Of a stretch of 64,000 nucleotides of DNA, positions 44,781-53,863 are shown one piece after another. The position numbers and the translations under genes were made by a program. The notes beneath the pieces are model-generated. The model worked only from the letters and a program-made list of their open reading frames with translations. It ran no database searches and was not told the DNA's origin. This stretch comes from Dehalococcoidia bacterium (lineage in GTDB: Bacteria > Chloroflexota > Dehalococcoidia > Lucifugimonadales > UBA3495), in NCBI GenBank assembly GCA_965204805.1, contig OZ242013.1, positions 2,541,232 through 2,605,231 of the forward strand, read 5' to 3'. Each line of letters opens with the position of its first letter. Position 1 is the first letter of the stretch.

Positions 44781-45914
44781 ATGAACGAGTACGACGCCAT
44801 CGTCATCGGCGTGGGCGGGATGGGCAGCGCCGCGCTGTACCATCTGGCGCGGCGGGGCTGGCGGGCACTGGGGCTGGAGCAGTTCGACGTGCCTCACGAG
44901 ATGGGCTCGTCCCACGGCTATTCCCGCATGATTCGCTACACCCTGCAAGAGCATCCTTCATACGTGCCGCTGGTGCGCCGGGCCTACGAGCTGTGGCACC
45001 AACTGGAGAACGCCTCGCGGGAGCGGCTGCTGGTGACCACCGGCTCAATCAGGGCGGGGTACGCCGAGGACGAGTATTTTCAGGGCGCAATCGCGGCCTG
45101 TGAGGAGCACCATATCCCTTACGAAGTGCTGACCGGCCCGGAGACCAGCCGACGGTTCCCCGGCTATAATTTCGACCACGACTTATCCGCCGTGTACCAG
45201 GCCGACGGGGGTTTCCTGCTGCCGGAGCGGTGCATCGTGAACCACGTGAACGCCGCATTGGAAGCCGGCGCCGAGGTCCACGGGCGCGAGCGGGTGCTGG
45301 ACTGGGAGCCGTCCGGCGAGGGGGTAGTTGTCCGCACTGCCCGCGACAGCTACCGGGCGGCGCGGCTGGTCGTGTCGGCAGGCGCCTGGGCCGCCAAGGT
45401 GGCGCCGGCGCTGGCGCAGTATGCAGTGGCGGAGCGGCAGGTGCTGGGCTGGTTCCAGCCGGAGAAGCCGGAGCTGTTTCGGACCGACACATTCCCGGTA
45501 TTCGGACTCTATGTTGAGGAAGGGCGGTTCTATGGCTTCCCGGTCTACGGAGTGCCGGGCTTCAAGGTGGGGCGTTCACACCATCTGCACCAGACCGTCG
45601 ACCCCGACATGCTGGACAGAGACATTTACGCGGAGGACGAGGAGCTTCTGCGAAACTTCGTCGAGCGTTACTTCCCGGCAGCGGCCGGGCCGGCGCTTTC
45701 TTTGAAAGCCTGTATGTTCACCAACTCCCCGGACGGGCACTTCATCATCGACCTGCACCCGGAGTATCCGCAGGTTTCGCTGGCTTCGGGATTCTCCGGC
45801 CACGGCTTCAAGTTCGCCAGCGTCATCGGCGAAGTGATGGCCGATCTGGCCATGTTCGGAGAGACGCCCCATGACCTGTCGCTGTTCCGGCTGGGACGGT
45901 TCGTCGAGGAGTGA
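44781..45914 (+). CDS. FAD-dependent N-methyl-amino-acid oxidase (monomeric sarcosine oxidase / SolA-like)
   Basis: YDAIVIGVGGMGSAALYHLARRG dinucleotide fold. Typical length of about 375 aa. Confidence 0.8.
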   Translation: MNEYDAIVIGVGGMGSAALYHLARRGWRALGLEQFDVPHEMGSSHGYSRMIRYTLQEHPSYVPLVRRAYELWHQLENASRERLLVTTGSIRAGYAEDEYFQGAIAACEEHHIPYEVLTGPETSRRFPGYNFDHDLSAVYQADGGFLLPERCIVNHVNAALEAGAEVHGRERVLDWEPSGEGVVVRTARDSYRAARLVVSAGAWAAKVAPALAQYAVAERQVLGWFQPEKPELFRTDTFPVFGLYVEEGRFYGFPVYGVPGFKVGRSHHLHQTVDPDMLDRDIYAEDEELLRNFVERYFPAAAGPALSLKACMFTNSPDGHFIIDLHPEYPQVSLASGFSGHGFKFASVIGEVMADLAMFGETPHDLSLFRLGRFVEE

Positions 45915-45989
45915 GGGCCGTTTAAAGGTCAACCGCCATTGGTGATTGTGTTAGACTGGTTTGGCCAGTCAAACAGGCGCGGGAGCACG

Positions 45990-46850
45990 ATGGACTTTCT
46001 TTCCGTTGACCACCAGCCGGACCGCAAGCTGACCACTCTGCTGATTGCCTTCAGCGGCTGGGCCGACGCCGCAGAGGGGGCCACCAGCGCGGTGAAGTTC
46101 CTCAAGCGCAAGCTGAAAGCGCAGAAGTTCGCCGAGTTCGATCCGGAGGAGTTCTACGACTTTACCCAGACCCGGCCCACTTCCACTCGCACCCGCGACG
46201 GCAAACGGCACATCCACTGGCCGGCCAACGAGTTCTTCCACCTGGACAACCCCGACACCGGGGACGGGTTGATGATCTTCATGGGAGTAGAACCCAACCT
46301 GCGCTGGCGCACCTACTCGCAGGGCGTGGCCAGGCTGGCCCATGAGCAGGGGGTGGAGACCGTCATCCATATCGGCGCGCTGCTGGATGCGGTTCCGCAC
46401 ACCCGGCCGGTCAAGCTCAGCGGCACGGCGACGCGGCCCGACCTGTCGGAGTTCCTGGAAGGACGGGAGATCCGCTCCTCCAACTATCAGGGGCCGACGG
46501 GCATCAGCTCCTCGGTAATGGACGCCTGCGTCAAGCAGGGGCTGGGCTACTCATCCATCTGGGGACACACGCCCCATTACCTGCAGGCGGCGCCCAATTA
46601 CCGGGTGGCCTACTCGCTGTTACAGCCCCTCACCCGACTGCTGCATCTGCCGCTGGACCTGGAGGAGTTGCGGGGGGCCGCCACCAAGTTCGACGAAGAG
46701 GTCGCCCGCGCCGTGCAGGCAGATGAGCAAATCGGCTCCTACGTCGGCAAGCTGGAGGGGCAGTACGACGAGAAGGCCACCGAGAGCAGCAATCTCGACC
46801 CGGAAGAGTTGCTGCGCGACGTAGAGAGGTTCCTGCGGGGTGAGCGGTAG
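45990..46850 (+). CDS. PAC2 (proteasome assembly chaperone 2-like) family protein
   Basis: LLIAFSGWADA...GPTGISS pattern. Confidence 0.7.
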   Translation: MDFLSVDHQPDRKLTTLLIAFSGWADAAEGATSAVKFLKRKLKAQKFAEFDPEEFYDFTQTRPTSTRTRDGKRHIHWPANEFFHLDNPDTGDGLMIFMGVEPNLRWRTYSQGVARLAHEQGVETVIHIGALLDAVPHTRPVKLSGTATRPDLSEFLEGREIRSSNYQGPTGISSSVMDACVKQGLGYSSIWGHTPHYLQAAPNYRVAYSLLQPLTRLLHLPLDLEELRGAATKFDEEVARAVQADEQIGSYVGKLEGQYDEKATESSNLDPEELLRDVERFLRGER

Positions 46851-47019
46851 ACTGGCATCGCTTTGCCCATTTTGGTCGAGTTCGGGGCAATTCTCCGGGA
46901 TCGTTAAACTCTGACTTCGCCCACATAATAACTGATACTGGAATAGTTGTTTCAGAGATTAACGAATCTCGTATAGCGCTAATTCAGGAGTGTCACGGAG
47001 TGTCGTCCCGGCACTCCCC

Positions 47020-47048
47020 TTGACAAAGCTCAGGGAAATCAATATAAG
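47020..47048 (+). promoter_or_regulatory. sigma70-like promoter TTGACA-N17-TATAAG
   Basis: Upstream of the ABC transporter operon. Confidence 0.4.
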
Positions 47049-47128
47049 TCTTGGACTAAGGTCACACTCCCGGCGGCAGGCCAGTCCCGTTCGGGGGTGT
47101 AATTGTGTGTATCCTGAAAGGAGAGGAA

Positions 47129-49120
47129 GTGATAAACCCAAGAACTGTTTTCTCAAAACTCTGGCTTCCCATTGTGTTGGCGCTCTCGCTGGCGCTGATA
47201 GTGGCCTGCGGCTCCGCGGAAGAGCCAGAGGCTACGCAAGCGCCGGCGGCTACGGCAGCGCCGGCGGCCACTGCGGCTCCCGCTGCAACCGCTGCTCCCG
47301 CAGCTACCACGGCGCCAGCAGCCACCGCGGCCCCCGCAGCCACCACAGCTCCCGCAGCTGGCGCGCAAGCCGCGGCTACCCCGGTGCCCCCCACCTCGAC
47401 ACCCAGGCCCGCGCCCACCAGGGCGGCTCCGGCGGAACACGTGCCGACCGGCGTGATGAACTACGGAGTCAAGGAGACTGGCGTATTCGAGGGACATCCC
47501 AGGTTCATGTCCAGCCCGCGCGTCCAGTATTCCGCCGTGAGCTTCGGCGAGTCTATGGTCGCCATCCAGCAGGACCTGTCTCCCGGGCCATTGCTGGCCG
47601 CAGAGTGGGACATATCCGACAACGGACAGTTCTGGACCTTCAAGGTCCGGGATGACGTGGAGTTCCATCACAAGTGCGGCGCGTCAGGCACCGAGAGCTG
47701 CGGCAACCTGACCATCCACGACGTGCTGTGGAGCTACAAGGAATGGCACGAAGGTTCCCTTAACGCCCGCGCCGGTATCATCGGCAACTTCTGGGTCGGC
47801 AAGGCCGGCGGCTCCCAGACGATAGACGATGATTACACCGTGCTGATCGACACCGGCGGGCCCTGGCTCCGTGAGCGGGCCTTCGAGTTCATGCGCCACC
47901 TGGGCGGTGTCAGCACCACCATCGTGAGTATGCAGCAGACCCGGGACAAGTTCGAAAACGCCGGGCACAACTGGGACGACCGTTATAGTGAACCCGGCGT
48001 GGCAACCGAGGAATACGAGGCCGCCGCGAAAGAGGCCAGCAAGGACATCTCCGCCACCGGCCCGTGGCAGGTGGATTCCCACGACAGCGGGCGCGTCTGG
48101 CGCTTCCGGGCCATGGAGAACCACTGGCGGCAGACTCCGTATTTCGCCGAATTCAATATGTGGTCCATCCCCGAGGAGGCCACGCGGATCGCAGGTTTCC
48201 AGGCGGGTGAACTGGACATCATGGAGATGTCTTTCGACTCCCTGGACGCCGTCCAGGCGGTGGAGGGCACTGAGATCATCGCTTGGCCCAACGCCGGACA
48301 GGCCGGCCTGAACATCTACGGCCAGACCTATGGCGTGGACAAAGAAGGCAATCCCTACGAACACCTGGACTGCAACAACGCCTGGGTGTCGTGCGACGAA
48401 GACCCCACTTCAGAGGAATGGCTGAACGCGGTCAAGGTCAAGAAGGCCATGGCCATCGCCATTAACCGTCAGGAGATAGTGGATACTCTGCTCTCCGGCT
48501 TTGGTCAGCCCCTCTACATGAGGGACTGGATGGGGCACGAAGAGAAGGCTGACCCCCGTTGGGTCCACGAGTACGACCCTGAAATGGCGAAGCAACTGCT
48601 GGCGGAGGCCGGGTACGGGCCCGACAACAAGTTCACCATCACCCTGGTTCCGGCCATCCGCGGGGCGCCCGCCGAGGTTGAAGCGTGTCAAGCGGTGGCT
48701 GGGTACTGGGAGGAAGTCGGCATCAATGTTGACCTCCAGAGCATTCCCTACGCCACCATCAGGCCGGAGCTGATTACCCGCACGTTCCAGGGCGCGACCT
48801 GCCACACCGTCAGCCAGCGCCTTACACCGGCCATTGGCGCCAGCAACTACGAGAATAACTCTACCTTCAGCTACGGCACGGAACACCCGTGGATGCAGGA
48901 GAACATTGTCGACCTGATTGAAGAAACCGATCCGGTGCTGGTTGCCGAGAAGGAGCGCAAGGTCTACGGCTGGTTCTATGACAACGTTATGGCCTTCGCC
49001 CTCTACTCCCACGACGGCATCTGGCCCGTTGGAGCGAGGCTCGACCCCGAGTGGCGGCCCATTGACTTCAGTGAAGTCCGGTCTCCCTCTGGCTTCGAGT
49101 ACATCAAGCACCGGCAATAA
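47129..49120 (+). CDS. ABC transporter substrate-binding lipoprotein, family 5 (peptide/nickel type)
   Basis: GTG start after AAAGGAGAGG, lipobox LIVACGS and an Ala/Pro/Thr-rich linker, followed by an SBP_bac_5-like body. Confidence 0.8.
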   Translation: MINPRTVFSKLWLPIVLALSLALIVACGSAEEPEATQAPAATAAPAATAAPAATAAPAATTAPAATAAPAATTAPAAGAQAAATPVPPTSTPRPAPTRAAPAEHVPTGVMNYGVKETGVFEGHPRFMSSPRVQYSAVSFGESMVAIQQDLSPGPLLAAEWDISDNGQFWTFKVRDDVEFHHKCGASGTESCGNLTIHDVLWSYKEWHEGSLNARAGIIGNFWVGKAGGSQTIDDDYTVLIDTGGPWLRERAFEFMRHLGGVSTTIVSMQQTRDKFENAGHNWDDRYSEPGVATEEYEAAAKEASKDISATGPWQVDSHDSGRVWRFRAMENHWRQTPYFAEFNMWSIPEEATRIAGFQAGELDIMEMSFDSLDAVQAVEGTEIIAWPNAGQAGLNIYGQTYGVDKEGNPYEHLDCNNAWVSCDEDPTSEEWLNAVKVKKAMAIAINRQEIVDTLLSGFGQPLYMRDWMGHEEKADPRWVHEYDPEMAKQLLAEAGYGPDNKFTITLVPAIRGAPAEVEACQAVAGYWEEVGINVDLQSIPYATIRPELITRTFQGATCHTVSQRLTPAIGASNYENNSTFSYGTEHPWMQENIVDLIEETDPVLVAEKERKVYGWFYDNVMAFALYSHDGIWPVGARLDPEWRPIDFSEVRSPSGFEYIKHRQ

Positions 49121-49153
49121 GCTGCCGCATACGGCAGGGCAACAGCAATGCAC

Positions 49154-49278
49154 ATTCGGGAATGACGGGGAAGCTGACCATAGAGCTTCCCCGTCGTTCC
49201 CGCGAAGGCGGGAATCCATAAGCAGGCGTACCAACGTATTTGTGAGACTTTGGATTCCCGCCTTCGCGGGAATGACGC
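49154..49278. repeat. cluster of G-hairpin repeats
   Basis: GGGAATGACGGGGAAGC...GCTTCCCCGTCGTTCCCGCGAAGGCGGGAATCC and GGATTCCCGCCTTCGCGGGAATGACGC. Confidence 0.8.
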
Positions 49279-49297
49279 ATACGGGATTTAGAGGGAT

Positions 49298-50215
49298 ATG
49301 CAGAGATATCTAGTCCGCCGGTTGGTCCTGGCCATCGTCACTCTGTTGGCTGTCTCGCTCATCATTTTCATACTGAGCCGGTCTGCGGGTGATCCGGTCT
49401 CTCTGATGCTGGACGAATACTCCACGCAGGAAGACATAGACCGGATGATGGCCAAGCTGGGCACCGACAAGCCCTACTATCAACAGTACTTCATATTCCT
49501 GCGGGACGCTTTCCGCGGGGATTTCGGGATGTCCATCAAGGAAGGGCGCCCGGTTACCGAAGTCATCCTGGAACGCACCCCCGCCACGTTGTACCTGGGA
49601 GTGACCGCCTTCGTCGTCTCATTGCTGGTGGGCATTCCGCTGGGAATACTGTCGTCAATCAAGCGAGGGAGCCTGATAGACCAGGCTGGAAAAATTGTCG
49701 CGCTGCTGGGCCAGTCGGCGCCGCCCTTCTGGCTCGGGATAATGCTGATTATCTTCTTTGCCGTGTCCATAGAATTGTTCCCGCCCTACGGACGGGACGA
49801 CTGGAACAGCATCGTACTGCCGGCCGTCACCCTGGGCTGGTATTACGCTGCGGCCAACCTGCGGCTGGTGCGCTCGGCAATGCTGGACGTTCTGGATTCC
49901 GAGTACATCAAGCTGGCCCGGGCCAAGGGCGTGCCCTACTGGGGCATCGTGATGCGCCATGCCTTCCGCAACGCCCTGATCCCGCCCCTGACCTTCGCGG
50001 GCGTCACCCTGGGCGCGCTGGTCACCGGCTCGCTGGTGGTGGAAACGGTGTTCGCGTGGCCCGGCCTGGGTCATCTGGCGATAAGCGCGCTCTACGCCTT
50101 CGACTATCCGCTGCTGCAAGGGGTGGTGGTAGTCTTCACGCTACTCTACGTCCTGGTCGCCTTCGCAGTGGACGTGCTTTACGCCTACATAGACCCCCGT
50201 ATCCGGTACGCATAG
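49298..50215 (+). CDS. ABC transporter permease (DppB/OppB-like)
   Basis: Starts MQRYLVRRL.., with a typical BPD_transp_1 core. Confidence 0.85.
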   Translation: MQRYLVRRLVLAIVTLLAVSLIIFILSRSAGDPVSLMLDEYSTQEDIDRMMAKLGTDKPYYQQYFIFLRDAFRGDFGMSIKEGRPVTEVILERTPATLYLGVTAFVVSLLVGIPLGILSSIKRGSLIDQAGKIVALLGQSAPPFWLGIMLIIFFAVSIELFPPYGRDDWNSIVLPAVTLGWYYAAANLRLVRSAMLDVLDSEYIKLARAKGVPYWGIVMRHAFRNALIPPLTFAGVTLGALVTGSLVVETVFAWPGLGHLAISALYAFDYPLLQGVVVVFTLLYVLVAFAVDVLYAYIDPRIRYA

Positions 50216-50232
50216 GCAGGTAAGAGGGCATT

Positions 50233-51300
50233 ATGGCCGTCAACGCAACAACCGATGTTCTGACACCTGCCGGCAGCGGCTTTGGAGCGCGGCTGACCGG
50301 GGTCTATCGCGCCTTCCGGCGCTGGCCGGTGATACCCGTGCTTCTGCTAGGGCTGGTCGTTTTCGCCGGCATCGCCGCGCCCTGGATTTCCCCTCACGAC
50401 CCCGACAAGCAGTCGCTGCCCGAGCGAAAGTTGCCTCCCTTCTGGTACGAGGCGAAAACGGAAATCGCCACCAAGACGGTGGTGCAGCGGGTTCTGCCCG
50501 GACAGGACGACCAGATTTCCCTAGCGGACGCTCAGGCAGTAAACCCCGACGTCCAGATCGGCGATTCCATCGAAGTCGAGGACGTGACCCGTACGGGCGG
50601 CAGCAGCAAGTACTGGCTGGGCACCGACCAGTTGGGGCGGGACATACTCTCCCGCATAATCTACGGCGCCCGCATTTCCCTGCTGGCCGCCGCTGTGACC
50701 CTGGGCGTCGGCGGTTCCATCGGCGTGCTGCTGGGGCTGGTGGCAGGCTGGTACGGTGGGGTGGTCGACGAGGCTATCATGCGCTTCGTGGACATACTGC
50801 TGGCCATCCCCCTGGTGTTGATCGCCCTGGCGATGGTGGCCACTTTGGGACAATCGCTGACCATCATCGTGGCGGTGCTTACGATATTCATCTGGCCGCG
50901 CTTCGCCCGCCAGTTGCGGGGCGAGGTGCTGCAACTGAAGAATATGGACTTCGTGGCGCTGGCCAGGGTGGCCGGGGCCTCCGTCCCCAGGATTCTGTTC
51001 GTTCACATATTCCCGGGGACGATAAACACCCTGATAGTGGTGGCTACCCTACAGGTGGGCATCGTGATTCTGCTGGAAGCCACGCTCTCGTTCCTGGGCG
51101 CGGGCGTGCCGCCGCCAACGGCCACCTGGGGCGGCATGGTGTCGGACGGACGGAATCACCTGGCCGGGGGGTTCGAGACCGGCTCATGGTGGATTTCCAC
51201 CTTCCCCGGTATCGCCATCGTGCTGACCGTTATGTCGCTGAACCTCTTCGGCGACTGGCTGCGCGACAAGCTCGACCCACGGCTGCGGCAGATAGAGTAG
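50233..51300 (+). CDS. ABC transporter permease (DppC/OppC-like)
   Basis: GTDQLGRDILSRIIYGARISL motif. Confidence 0.85.
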   Translation: MAVNATTDVLTPAGSGFGARLTGVYRAFRRWPVIPVLLLGLVVFAGIAAPWISPHDPDKQSLPERKLPPFWYEAKTEIATKTVVQRVLPGQDDQISLADAQAVNPDVQIGDSIEVEDVTRTGGSSKYWLGTDQLGRDILSRIIYGARISLLAAAVTLGVGGSIGVLLGLVAGWYGGVVDEAIMRFVDILLAIPLVLIALAMVATLGQSLTIIVAVLTIFIWPRFARQLRGEVLQLKNMDFVALARVAGASVPRILFVHIFPGTINTLIVVATLQVGIVILLEATLSFLGAGVPPPTATWGGMVSDGRNHLAGGFETGSWWISTFPGIAIVLTVMSLNLFGDWLRDKLDPRLRQIE

Positions 51301-51379
51301 GCCCTGTCCGTGAAGGGGCGCACGGCTGTGCGCCCCTACTGCTATAATGGGACAACATACACAAAGGCCAAAGAGCATT

Positions 51380-52369
51380 ATGACAACCGAAGTAGCAACC
51401 GAGCGCGAAGTAGTCCTGAAGGTCGATGACCTGCGGACCTACTTCACGACCCGATGGGGAACGGTCAAGGCAGTGGACGGCATCAGCTTCGACCTGCGCC
51501 GGGGTGAGACGCTGGGCATCGTCGGCGAGTCCGGCTCCGGCAAGTCGGTGACCATGCTGTCGCTGATGCGCCTCATCCCCATGCCGCCGGGCCGCATCGT
51601 GTCGGGGAGCATCGAGCTGGACGGCGAAGACCTGCTGAAGCTGTCCGAAACCGAGATGAACCGGGTCCGGGGCAGCAAGATAGCACTCATCATCCAGGAC
51701 CCCATGACCTCGCTGAACCCGGTGTTCACCATTGGCAACCAGGTATCGGAAGCCATCAAGATTCACCAGGACATTCCGAAGCGGTCGGTGATGGAGCAGG
51801 CCCTCTCGGTGCTGCGGAAGGTGAACATCCCAGCCGCCGAATCGCGGATGCGCGACTACCCCCACCAGATGAGCGGCGGAATGCGGCAGCGCGTGGTGGG
51901 CGCCATCGGCATCTCCTGCCAGCCGCAGGTGCTCATCGCCGACGAACCGACCACCTCGCTGGATGTCACCATCCAGGCGCAGTACCTGGCCCTGCTGAAA
52001 GAATTGCAGCGGGATTCCAACGTGGCGCTCATCTTCATCACCCACGACTTCGGCATCGTCGCCAAGATGTGCGACCGGGTGGCGGTGATGTATGCCGGGC
52101 GCATCGTTGAGCAGGGCAGCGTCCGCGACATTTTCAACCGCCCGTCGCACCCCTACACCGAGGCGCTGCTGGCCTCGGTGCCCAAGATGGAAGAGGATGT
52201 GGACCGGCTGTACTCCATAGAAGGCCAGCCGCCCACGCTCCACGACCTGCCTCCCGGATGCCCCTTCGCCCCTCGCTGTCAATACGTGATGGACCAGTGC
52301 CGCGAGGAATACCCCACCCGCGTAACGGTAGGCGAAGGCCACGACGCTTCATGCTGGCGGTTAAGCTGA
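51380..52369 (+). CDS. ABC transporter ATP-binding protein (DppD/OppD-like)
   Basis: Walker A GESGSGKS, signature SGGMRQR and Walker B LIADEPT. The start is uncertain (51347 or 51380). Confidence 0.85.
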   Translation: MTTEVATEREVVLKVDDLRTYFTTRWGTVKAVDGISFDLRRGETLGIVGESGSGKSVTMLSLMRLIPMPPGRIVSGSIELDGEDLLKLSETEMNRVRGSKIALIIQDPMTSLNPVFTIGNQVSEAIKIHQDIPKRSVMEQALSVLRKVNIPAAESRMRDYPHQMSGGMRQRVVGAIGISCQPQVLIADEPTTSLDVTIQAQYLALLKELQRDSNVALIFITHDFGIVAKMCDRVAVMYAGRIVEQGSVRDIFNRPSHPYTEALLASVPKMEEDVDRLYSIEGQPPTLHDLPPGCPFAPRCQYVMDQCREEYPTRVTVGEGHDASCWRLS

Positions 52370-52370
52370 T

Positions 52371-53384
52371 ATGACGACTGCAATCGCTCCAGATAACACA
52401 TCCTCCTCAGCCAACGGCAGCGGGGCGCTGCTGGAAGCCGTGGGGCTGAAAAAGCACTTCCCCGTGACCAAGGGCCTGCTCATCAGCAAGACCACCGGCC
52501 ACATCAAGGCGGTGGACGGCGTTTCCTTCGAGCTGCGCCCCGGCGAGACGCTGGGCATCGTGGGCGAGTCGGGCTGCGGCAAAAGCACCACCGCCAAGAT
52601 GATGCTGATGCTGGAAGATCCTACGGAAGGCTCCATCCGCTTCGAGGGTAAAGAGATACGGGACGCCGACCCGGAGACGCGGCGGGAATACCGCCGCTCG
52701 GTGCAGGCAGTGTTCCAGGACCCGTGGAGTTCCCTGAACCCGCGGATGCGGGTGAGGGACCTCATCGCCGAGCCGATGGTCATCAACTGGGACATCAGCC
52801 GGGGACAGATCCAGGAACGGGTTCTCAAGCTGCTCACCGACGTGGGCCTGAGCGCATATCACGCCAACCTGTATCCCCACGAGTTCTCCGGCGGACAGCG
52901 CCAGCGCCTGGCGATTGCCCGCGCCCTGGCCCTCAACCCCAAGGTCATCGTGCTGGACGAGCCGGTTTCCGCGCTGGACGTGTCCATCCGCGCCCAGATA
53001 ATGAACCTGCTGAAAGACCTGCAGTCGGAGTACAACGTCAGCTATATGCTCATCGCCCACCACCTGGCGACGGTGCGCTATATGTGCACCTGGGTGGCGG
53101 TGATGTACCTGGGCCGCATAGTCGAGCTGTCACCGGTGAAGGACCTGTTCGAGAATCCTTCGCACCCGTACACCAAGGCGCTGATGTCGGCGGCCCTGCC
53201 GTCACACCCCGATACAGTGCAGGAAGAGATGATCCTGACCGGCGAGGTGCCCTCGCCGCTGAACCCGCCGGAGGGCTGCCACTTCCACACCCGCTGTCCC
53301 TTCGTCATGGACCACTGCGGCGTGCAGGAGCCGCAGGTGAAGGAAGTTTCCCCCGGCCACACCGTCGCCTGCCACCTGTTCTAA
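52371..53384 (+). CDS. ABC transporter ATP-binding protein (DppF/OppF-like)
   Basis: [16 protein letters not shown] and [10 protein letters not shown] motifs. Confidence 0.85.
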   Translation: MTTAIAPDNTSSSANGSGALLEAVGLKKHFPVTKGLLISKTTGHIKAVDGVSFELRPGETLGIVGESGCGKSTTAKMMLMLEDPTEGSIRFEGKEIRDADPETRREYRRSVQAVFQDPWSSLNPRMRVRDLIAEPMVINWDISRGQIQERVLKLLTDVGLSAYHANLYPHEFSGGQRQRLAIARALALNPKVIVLDEPVSALDVSIRAQIMNLLKDLQSEYNVSYMLIAHHLATVRYMCTWVAVMYLGRIVELSPVKDLFENPSHPYTKALMSAALPSHPDTVQEEMILTGEVPSPLNPPEGCHFHTRCPFVMDHCGVQEPQVKEVSPGHTVACHLF

Positions 53385-53863
53385 ATTGTTGGCGTCGATT
53401 CCATTGTCGTCAGTCCAATTTGGCAGGATGCGTTCATTTGAATACAAGAAGAATGCCCCTCCTCGCTGCTGACGGGAGTATGTAGCGGCTTAAACCGGAC
53501 CTGCGCTTAGCTTGAGAAGACGCCTGGGGGAACTCCCGCAGTGAAACCTCCCGGCTATCGGCCCGTCACAACGCCAAGAAGGTCCTCTGGTGTCCGGCTC
53601 GGATTCCACAGGCTGTCCACCATCCTCCTTACCACGGTGTCCAAGTCTTCGGTAATGCCCAGGATGGCCCCGCTGAGGCGGGCCAGACAGTTCCGCTTCT
53701 TCCGCTCTCTCCGGTCCAATCGCTGCCCCATTGGCCCGGCAAAACTCCGGTGGCCGCCACTTCACCGGCCACGGCATTCCGCGCCGTCAAGGCCATTCCG
53801 ACGCAATTTCCTAAACGTTACAAGAAGTCATATAATTATTACTAAAATTCACACTTATGTTAC

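Noticed and set aside
53490-53777. 95-aa and 108-aa ORFs in the 53385-53863 gap.
   Set aside because: There is no RBS or start context. The composition is R/P/G-rich and no motifs are present. They are treated as non-coding or possible gene remnant.
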